Assembly: GCA_040382515.1 (NCBI GenBank)
Contig: JBEIFH010000001.1
Location: forward strand, 102,810-166,809
From: Chlamydiia bacterium
GTDB lineage: Bacteria; Chlamydiota; Chlamydiia; Chlamydiales; RGXB01
Direction: 5' to 3'
Length of the DNA stretch: 64,000 nucleotides
Under the pieces are notes generated by a model. It made no database searches. It was not told where the DNA came from and worked only from the letters and a program-made list of their open reading frames with translations. Each line of letters opens with the position of its first letter. Positions within the stretch are counted from its first letter, which is position 1. The position numbers and the translations under genes are program-made. Below, in pieces: positions 57,541-64,000 of this stretch.

Positions 57541-58590
57541 TTAGAAATCTAACGAAGCACCTAGGGTAAGCCCTTGTAAGGTTAGATTTCCAAAAGAATA
57601 GCCCGGATTATAAAAACGGTTGTATCCAATCCAGTTCTGCAATTCCCAAAGAGCATGGAACTCAAAATTGTATCGATCATTTGTCTCTGAACCAAACAAT
57701 TTATTCCAACCAAAACCAATTTGAAACTCTACAATAGGGGTAGATCGGTATAAATAATCTTTTGATAGCGATGTAACTACACCACCGTTTGAGTTCGTGG
57801 TGTCGATCTTCGTTTGCCCAAAAATACCACTTAAGGCAGCCTCTGCGCAAAATTTAACTTCCTTCAAATAGGTCGTCCTTAGAAATGGGGTCCAATCCAT
57901 ATTAAAGCCCGCGCGCGCACCTCCAGCACCTATGCTCATTATTTGTACTGATACGAACGGTTGAAAAGATGGGAATCCGCTGCTATTTAAAAGGGAGGTA
58001 AAGGTGTTTTTGTTGTAAACACCTACAATACCAACATAGGGCCGAAAGTTGAGTGCATCCTCAACCAGAATACAGTTCCTGCCCGCATCAATATTGATGA
58101 GATTGAAAACTAGCCGCGTGGATGTTGCCCAACTGCTTAATAAAAAATCCTCTGAACGGGTTCCGTCCAATAGATTACTAATAGCTAAGGTAATTCCACC
58201 CCCTTGACCGGTTGTAGTTTTTGTTGTTCTTTGGAGCCACGTGTACTTTGCTTTGATATCCATATTTTGATTCTCTTTAAGCAAAACAGAACCGTAAACT
58301 TTAAACCCATTTAAAAGAGGAAATATCGGCTCATTAAAAGATCCGAATCCCTTGTAAGCATTTCTAGTAACCTCGACGTTAGAAACCGCAGTTGGGTATC
58401 CTTCTACAACATACAGCCAAAGGATATAATCTGCCCCCATACTGTAACCAAAACTATCATCGTTTAATAGTGGGCCTCCATAATATAACCCTTTAATGTT
58501 TTGGGGGTTAGCCAACTGTTTTTCTGCAGCATCGCAAATAGATTGGAACATAGAAATTCCAAACAAAATCACCCAGTAAAACCTATGCAT
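57541..58590 (-). CDS. Outer-membrane beta-barrel protein (MOMP-like / Lpg1974-like porin)
   Basis: GAGG SD before the ATG at 58590, signal peptide, alternating beta strands, WELQNW and C-terminal LTLQGLTLGASLDF beta-signal. Confidence 0.8.
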   Translation of the reverse strand: MHRFYWVILFGISMFQSICDAAEKQLANPQNIKGLYYGGPLLNDDSFGYSMGADYILWLYVVEGYPTAVSNVEVTRNAYKGFGSFNEPIFPLLNGFKVYGSVLLKENQNMDIKAKYTWLQRTTKTTTGQGGGITLAISNLLDGTRSEDFLLSSWATSTRLVFNLINIDAGRNCILVEDALNFRPYVGIVGVYNKNTFTSLLNSSGFPSFQPFVSVQIMSIGAGGARAGFNMDWTPFLRTTYLKEVKFCAEAALSGIFGQTKIDTTNSNGGVVTSLSKDYLYRSTPIVEFQIGFGWNKLFGSETNDRYNFEFHALWELQNWIGYNRFYNPGYSFGNLTLQGLTLGASLDF

Positions 58591-58766
58591 ACAAAACCTC
58601 ATAGAAGAATCATAAAAATTCAACTATATAAAAAAATTAAAAAAAATCAAATTTTTTTTTGTTTATAGACGATGAGAATTTTTCTCACGGGCGCGCAATT
58701 GTAGTCATTTAAGAAAAGCTATGGTAATCTGCTTGGATACATACCGTATAAAGAAAAGAGTAGATT

Positions 58767-60683
58767 ATGCGTATCATACACAAAGGAGCAGAAAAGACCC
58801 TTATCGAGATTGCCAGAGACCATCACCAAACGGCAGCTGACCAGGCAATCACCGCATCACTCAACGGAACGCAAACGGACCTTTTCCATACGGCACGTGA
58901 AGGGGATGTAATAGAATTTTTTGATTTTTCCACCCCCTTAGGAAAAGAAACTTTTTGGCACTCCTCAGCGCACGTTTTAGCCCAAGCCATCCTCCGCCTT
59001 TACCCTGATGCAAAACCAACTATCGGGCCCCCTATCGAGCAGGGTTTCTACTACGATTTTTACAACCTCTCCATTTCTGAACACGATTTCAAGAAGATCG
59101 AGGAGATGGTCCAAGAGGTTGTCAATGAAAATTTTAAACCCGAAAGGATGGTGTTTAAAAATAAAAAAGAGGCCTTAGAAGCTTTCAAAGACAACACTTT
59201 CAAATGCGAGCTTATCCAAAATTTTGAAGAGGGATCGCCTATTACAGCCTACCGCCAGGGGGAGTTTTTCGACCTTTGCCGTGGCCCACACCTTTTCAAT
59301 ATTGGAAAAGTGCGCGCGATGAAACTCACAAAAGTTTCGGGCGCCTATTGGAAAGGGGATGCGAATAATCCGGTTTTAACACGCGTGTACGGAATCTCCT
59401 TTCCGGATAAAAAACAGCTCAAAGCCTACTTGGATCATATTGAAGAGGCAAAAAAACGGGACCATAGAAAGCTGGGAGCAGAGCTCGATCTCTACTCGTT
59501 CCATGAATTTGGCCCCGGGATGCCCTTTTTCCACCCCAGAGGGATGTTGATGCTGAACAAACTGATCGGCTACTGGAGAGACCTGCAATACAAGGCAGGT
59601 TATATCGAGATCAAAACACCGATTCTTTTGAACCAAGGGTTATGGGAACAATCGGGCCACTGGGCGAACTACAGAGAAAATATGTACACCACAGAAGTGG
59701 AAAAAGCGACATTTGCCGTGAAGCCGATGAACTGCCCAGGTTGTATGCTTTACTATGGCTGTAAACAGCATAGCTATAGAGAATTCCCCTTGCGAGTAAT
59801 GGAATTCGGACAGGTGCATCGCCACGAATTTTCAGGGGCTCTCTCTGGCCTGTTCCGCGTCCGCTCTTTTGTTCAAGATGACGCTCATATTTTCATGCGT
59901 GAAGACCAGATTGAGTCCGAAATTTTAAACGTTTTAAAACTCGTTGAGATCCTTTATTCCACTTTCGGATTAAAATACTCTCTGGAGCTCTCCACAAGGC
60001 CCGAAAAGAGCATCGGCACCAACGCCATGTGGGAAGTGGCTACAGAGGGGCTAAGAAAGGCTTTGTTGGCCTCCGGCCACGCTTTCAAAATCAACGAAGG
60101 GGATGGCGCTTTCTATGGTCCAAAAATCGATTTCAAGATCCTAGACGCGCTTGATCGCAAGTGGCAATGTGGTACCATCCAGCTTGACATGTTCTTACCG
60201 GAACGTTTTCACCTAAAATACACAGATTCTGATGGCCAAGAGAAAGTTCCCGTGATGATCCATAGAGCGATTTTGGGATCCATCGAGCGTTTCTTGGGGA
60301 TCATGGTGGAACATTTTGCAGGAAAATTCCCTCTTTGGATCAGCCCAAGACAACTTGTGATCATCCCAGTGACCGACCGTCATGTAGCCTACGGAGAAGG
60401 CATCAAAGAGGTATTCGAGAAGCAAGGTTTCTTTGTGGATATAGATGCAACAAATGAGTCTGTGAGCAAAAAAATCCGCAATGCACAATTGCTCCAGTAC
60501 AACTACATGCTTATTTTGGGAGATAAGGAAACAGAAGAGGAGACGATCTCTATCAGAGCCCGTTCTAACGAAATGTTGAATGATTTAAAGTTGCAAACGG
60601 TTGTAGATAGCCTCAAAGAAGAGGTTGCCATAAAATCCCTAAAAACCTTATTACCTTTTGGTGAGGTTTCAACATGCAAATAA
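58767..60683 (+). CDS. thrS: Threonine--tRNA ligase
   Basis: HSSAHVLAQA, DLCRGPH, RDHRKLG, KPMNCPG, HRHEFSGAL, QDDAHIF, FYGPKID, HRAILGSIERF. Confidence 0.98.
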   Translation: MRIIHKGAEKTLIEIARDHHQTAADQAITASLNGTQTDLFHTAREGDVIEFFDFSTPLGKETFWHSSAHVLAQAILRLYPDAKPTIGPPIEQGFYYDFYNLSISEHDFKKIEEMVQEVVNENFKPERMVFKNKKEALEAFKDNTFKCELIQNFEEGSPITAYRQGEFFDLCRGPHLFNIGKVRAMKLTKVSGAYWKGDANNPVLTRVYGISFPDKKQLKAYLDHIEEAKKRDHRKLGAELDLYSFHEFGPGMPFFHPRGMLMLNKLIGYWRDLQYKAGYIEIKTPILLNQGLWEQSGHWANYRENMYTTEVEKATFAVKPMNCPGCMLYYGCKQHSYREFPLRVMEFGQVHRHEFSGALSGLFRVRSFVQDDAHIFMREDQIESEILNVLKLVEILYSTFGLKYSLELSTRPEKSIGTNAMWEVATEGLRKALLASGHAFKINEGDGAFYGPKIDFKILDALDRKWQCGTIQLDMFLPERFHLKYTDSDGQEKVPVMIHRAILGSIERFLGIMVEHFAGKFPLWISPRQLVIIPVTDRHVAYGEGIKEVFEKQGFFVDIDATNESVSKKIRNAQLLQYNYMLILGDKETEEETISIRARSNEMLNDLKLQTVVDSLKEEVAIKSLKTLLPFGEVSTCK

Positions 60684-61486
60684 TTACTGTAGCCAGCTTT
60701 AAAGGGGGAACCGCGAAGACCTCCGTATCATTGAATCTTGGCGCCGTCTTAGCAAAAATCCATAAGAAGAGAGTCCTTCTCATAGATTTTGATGCGCAAA
60801 GCAACTTGACCACAGGTCTCGGTTTTGACCCCGATGCCTACGATTCTATGGCCCCCGTTTTACAAGGATCCAAACAGCTGGATGAGGTGATCCTGGAAAC
60901 CGAGACAAAAAATCTTCATCTTATCCCGGCAGACACCTGGCTGGAGCGGATCGAGGTGACCGAACAACTTGCTCAAGATCGCTACTCTCATGAGAGGCTC
61001 AAAGGGATTTTGAATAAAGCTGATTACGACTTCATCATCATCGATACCCCCCCATCCCTTTGCTGGCTGACCGAATCTGCAATGATCGCCTCCAACAAGT
61101 GTTTGATCTGTGCAACGCCAGAGTTTTACAGCGTGAAGGGTCTCTATAGATTGGGGATCTTTATCAACCAAATCAGTAAGAGACACCCAGTAGAAGTTTT
61201 AGGGGTCCTGCTCTCTTTTTGGAATGAAAGAGGCAAGAGCAACCAGGCCTTTATAAATGTTATCGAAGAGACCTTCCCGCAAAAAATCTTGAAATCGAAA
61301 ATCCGCCGCGATAAGGTCGTAGCAGATGCTTCGATTCGCGGAAGGCCGATTGTAGAGATCTCCCGCACTTCGCGTGCTTTGGATGATTTTAAAAAATTGG
61401 CCCGGGAGGTTCTGAAGGGATGTAAAACAGATTTACATCTCAAAGAGGTAGAAGCTGAAGCAGAATTGGTCCTAGAGGAAGTCTAA
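60674..61486 (+). CDS. parA: ParA/MinD-family ATPase (chromosomal pGP5-like)
   Basis: FKGGTAKTS deviant Walker A, IDFDAQSNLT, IIDTPPSL. Confidence 0.9.
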   Translation: MQIITVASFKGGTAKTSVSLNLGAVLAKIHKKRVLLIDFDAQSNLTTGLGFDPDAYDSMAPVLQGSKQLDEVILETETKNLHLIPADTWLERIEVTEQLAQDRYSHERLKGILNKADYDFIIIDTPPSLCWLTESAMIASNKCLICATPEFYSVKGLYRLGIFINQISKRHPVEVLGVLLSFWNERGKSNQAFINVIEETFPQKILKSKIRRDKVVADASIRGRPIVEISRTSRALDDFKKLAREVLKGCKTDLHLKEVEAEAELVLEEV

Positions 61487-62223
61487 TGGATGATGTGAAC
61501 GCCATCTTAAAAGAGCGCTTAAAGAAAAACGAAAGCCTCTCAAAAAAAATGGATTCGTTAGCAGAACGATCCAATAAAGGGCAGCTTTCAAGCTTTGCCG
61601 GTGTTTTTAAGGTGATTCCCCTTCAAGACCAAGAGGTTGCTGAAATACGCAACCTTATCGAATTCTACAAGGGAAACGTTCAAACCACCTCCAAGGATCT
61701 TGAGGAGCTTCTATCGATCACTTCCGAAGTGAAGGCAATCAATTCCCAGGCAATCATTTTGCATGGGGAAAGGATTAAAAAGGCCCAGGAAGTTTTAAAA
61801 AACTACAGAGAAGGGGCGTTTTCGCAGTGGTTGCTTTATGCCTATGGCAATCGCCAGACCCCTTATAATTTTCTCCAGTACTATGAGTTCTATAAGTCTC
61901 TTCCACCCGTTTTAAGAGAACGGCTCACAGATCTTCCAAGGCAGGCAATCTACACCCTTGCAACACGTCAAGGCAATTTAGAAACAAAAGAAGAGCTTAT
62001 TCGCAACTACCAAGGTGAGTCTAAGGAAATCTTTCTTGAAAAAATACGCACCACCTTTCCCCTCTCGTTAGAGGATAGGCGTCGCTCGACGGTAGCCGAC
62101 CAAATCGCCCTTTCGTTGGAAAGGCTCGTGGAAAAGGCCTCTTCAGCCCCTCTTAAATTCTCTCAAATTGAAAAAAAGAGGCTGCAGGCCCTTCTTCATG
62201 ATTTAAATAAGATGTTGCAATAA
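61486..62223 (+). CDS. Chlamydial pGP6-D-like (CT583 family) protein
   Basis: VKAINSQAIILHGERIKKAQEVL, GAFSQWL...YGNRQTPYNFLQYYEF, PRQAIYTLATR; TAATG coupling to parA. Confidence 0.88.
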   Translation: MDDVNAILKERLKKNESLSKKMDSLAERSNKGQLSSFAGVFKVIPLQDQEVAEIRNLIEFYKGNVQTTSKDLEELLSITSEVKAINSQAIILHGERIKKAQEVLKNYREGAFSQWLLYAYGNRQTPYNFLQYYEFYKSLPPVLRERLTDLPRQAIYTLATRQGNLETKEELIRNYQGESKEIFLEKIRTTFPLSLEDRRRSTVADQIALSLERLVEKASSAPLKFSQIEKKRLQALLHDLNKMLQ

Positions 62224-62250
62224 ACCTCTTTTTTTCCTATCTGAAGGGGT

Positions 62251-62774
62251 ATGGTACCCTTAAAAGTAATCCCCCTCTCATCACCCTCCCGTCTGTTTAC
62301 GGAAGAGGAGATCTCTTGTTTTGAAACGCATCTAGATAGCCTTCGGATCCCTTTTACACCTATCATCCAAAATTGCGGACTTGCTTTGGCAAACGCCCTC
62401 TTGGATATTTTAAAGAATCAGAAACTAAGTGTAGCATTGATGACACCTGCTCTAAGGATAGTAACAGCTCCTGAAAAATTTTTATCTCTTGATTGCGATT
62501 TGGCTTGCTTTACAAACCATAAAGTTTCTGCAGGGACTAAAAATTTTGTTGATAACGATTTTTGCTACTACATCCTAAAAGAAAAACAATCCTTTTTATC
62601 GAGGAGTGGAAAGAGAAGCTGCAAAAAGATAAATCGGAAGACCTATTTCAGGTTTTATCCAATTTTATTCAAGTCAGGGCCCTATCAATGAAAATCTTTT
62701 CGATTAGCGCCCATTTAAAAAAAGAGGCCGTCAATGACAGCCCTTTCTTTTTACGTTGGTTGATGCGTATCTAG
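62251..62774 (+). pseudogene. Probable frameshifted gene, degenerate nucleotide-diphospho-sugar transferase-like
   Basis: ORFs 62251-62691 and 62562-62774 join into 174 aa if one T is added to the T5 run at 62559-62563. Confidence 0.45.
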
Positions 62775-62775
62775 A

Positions 62776-63135
62776 TTACTCTTCGTCGCTCTCCAACTCA
62801 AGAGTCAACTTCCAGCTTTTCGCCTCTTCAAGATAATTTTTCATAAAACGGCGAAATAGGGTATAGCGATTTGTTTTTTGAAATTCTTTGATGTACAATA
62901 ATTCCTTTTTCCCTTTTTCGTCGTAGCGGATGCAAGGGTTTTTTTGTAAACCGATATTCGCTAAAACATGCATTTCTTCAGCTACCTGCGGATCTTGACT
63001 TATGGAGGACTGTACTTTCCAAACATCATTTTTTGTGTCTAGGCTAAATAAGACCTCGCACTCGCCCCATTGGACATTGATAGCTTTTTTACGAGAAAGC
63101 TCTTCGGATAGATAAACAAAATTTTGATAGCTCAT
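62776..63135 (-). CDS. Hypothetical protein, CesT/YbjN-like chaperone fold candidate
   Basis: 119 aa; C-terminal amphipathic helix FRRFMKNYLEEAKSWKLTL; ATGA overlap with the upstream gene. Confidence 0.6.
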   Translation of the reverse strand: MSYQNFVYLSEELSRKKAINVQWGECEVLFSLDTKNDVWKVQSSISQDPQVAEEMHVLANIGLQKNPCIRYDEKGKKELLYIKEFQKTNRYTLFRRFMKNYLEEAKSWKLTLELESDEE

Positions 63136-64000
63136 AACAGGTCGTTTTTGAAATGATTAACGCAAGATAGTATACCCGAATCCAGCATTTCGCCCCACCC
63201 CTTTTTCTTCATAGATTTGAAGAGCTCTTTATTGTTGGCTTTACATTCAAAAATTTTCTGTCCACATGGGGTGCACAAGTTAAAAAGGGCCCGATGCTTC
63301 TCTATTTTAGGGGTGTCTAGAATGGTAAATAATTTCTTTTTGGTAGGCTCATTTGAGGCAATCAAATAACAATATTTTTCATCTTCATAACCTAGAGTGC
63401 CCCCTTTGATCTGCCGGTGCATTTTTGACCGTTCCAACCGGACAGAAAAATGGCACCAGCCGGCCCCCTTTTTTGGGCATTGGGCGGTATGAAAACAGGG
63501 TGCGTCTATGTGCAGCCCTTTTTCAATAAAAAAATCTCTTGCACGCATCAATGTTTCATAACCATGGGGAGTTCCTGGCTCGACTATGACAATTGTTTTT
63601 TCCATCGCATTGACCGCTTTTTGGATTGTATCCAACTGTTCTTGGGTCGAAAGTTCCCCTAAAGAGTAGGAAAACAGCACTAGATCGGCTTTTGGGTAGA
63701 TAAAATCTTCGAGAAAGTCTCTTATTACCCATGTTACGTCCGGGTACTCTCTTTGAAAACCCTGTTCTTTTTCGATATAAACGATTTTTTCAAAAAAAAG
63801 ATCTTTGAGTACCGGGTATGAGGATCCAGGGCCGCTGCCGAGCTCTAATGCAGTTTTATGTCTGTTTGGCTCGAGATGAGCCAAAACTTTTCTCAAAGCG
63901 GCTTGTGTTGCCGGTGTTCGATAGAAAAAATAGGCATCCAGTTCTTCTTTGGTCTGAAAGCCCTCTTTTGCATTCAATTCCCGGTATCTTTTTTGAATCG
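63132..64000 (-). CDS. Rsm22/METTL17-family SAM-dependent methyltransferase-like protein (frame open to the window edge)
   Basis: AYFFYRTPATQAAL, LELGSGPG, SYSLGEL, VEPGTPHG, APCFHTAQCP, WCHFSVRLER, YEDEKYCY; no in-frame stop between 63977 and 64000. Confidence 0.85.
   Translation of the reverse strand, partial: IQKRYRELNAKEGFQTKEELDAYFFYRTPATQAALRKVLAHLEPNRHKTALELGSGPGSSYPVLKDLFFEKIVYIEKEQGFQREYPDVTWVIRDFLEDFIYPKADLVLFSYSLGELSTQEQLDTIQKAVNAMEKTIVIVEPGTPHGYETLMRARDFFIEKGLHIDAPCFHTAQCPKKGAGWCHFSVRLERSKMHRQIKGGTLGYEDEKYCYLIASNEPTKKKLFTILDTPKIEKHRALFNLCTPCGQKIFECKANNKELFKSMKKKGWGEMLDSGILSCVNHFKNDLL

Noticed and set aside
1..64000. CRISPR arrays, IS elements, prophage, rRNA or dedicated defence systems
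   Set aside because: No spaced direct repeats, transposase/integrase/phage motifs or rRNA-like stretch seen; TatD, CoiA-like and RecBCD sit in housekeeping contexts

Overview
Gene-dense chromosomal segment of a member of the Chlamydiota, most likely an environmental (non-Chlamydiaceae) lineage. The assignment rests on chlamydial-type gene blocks: mnmG-lplA; sdhCAB-tatD / tolQR-tolA-like-tolB-pal-LysM; hypothetical-gspDEFG; aspC-mreC; a sigma66-type rpoD near rpsT; an MFS gene divergent from recC-recB; and thrS-parA-pGP6-like. The presence of murI and prfC suggests a lineage outside Chlamydiaceae. Content is mainly housekeeping and envelope genes plus one tRNA-Ala(GGC). I saw no rRNA, CRISPR array, transposase, integrase or prophage. 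No clearly new multi-gene system can be shown from sequence alone. The best leads are: (i) a signal-peptide-bearing GT31-like glycosyltransferase coupled to the end of the type II secretion pseudopilin genes; (ii) a 565-aa hypothetical protein with a papain-like Cys/His/Asp signature; (iii) a miniaturised RecBCD with RecC in two ORFs; (iv) a MurI whose second catalytic Cys is Ser; (v) a large exported TPR + vWA gene pair, the TPR gene interrupted by one in-frame TAA; (vi) tandem TagB/TagF-like paralogues; and (vii) annotation-level oddities (a missed 29-aa bS22-like ORF, a probable CTG start, a probable frameshift, candidate leaderless mRNAs). All family assignments come from motif recognition by eye, not database searches.
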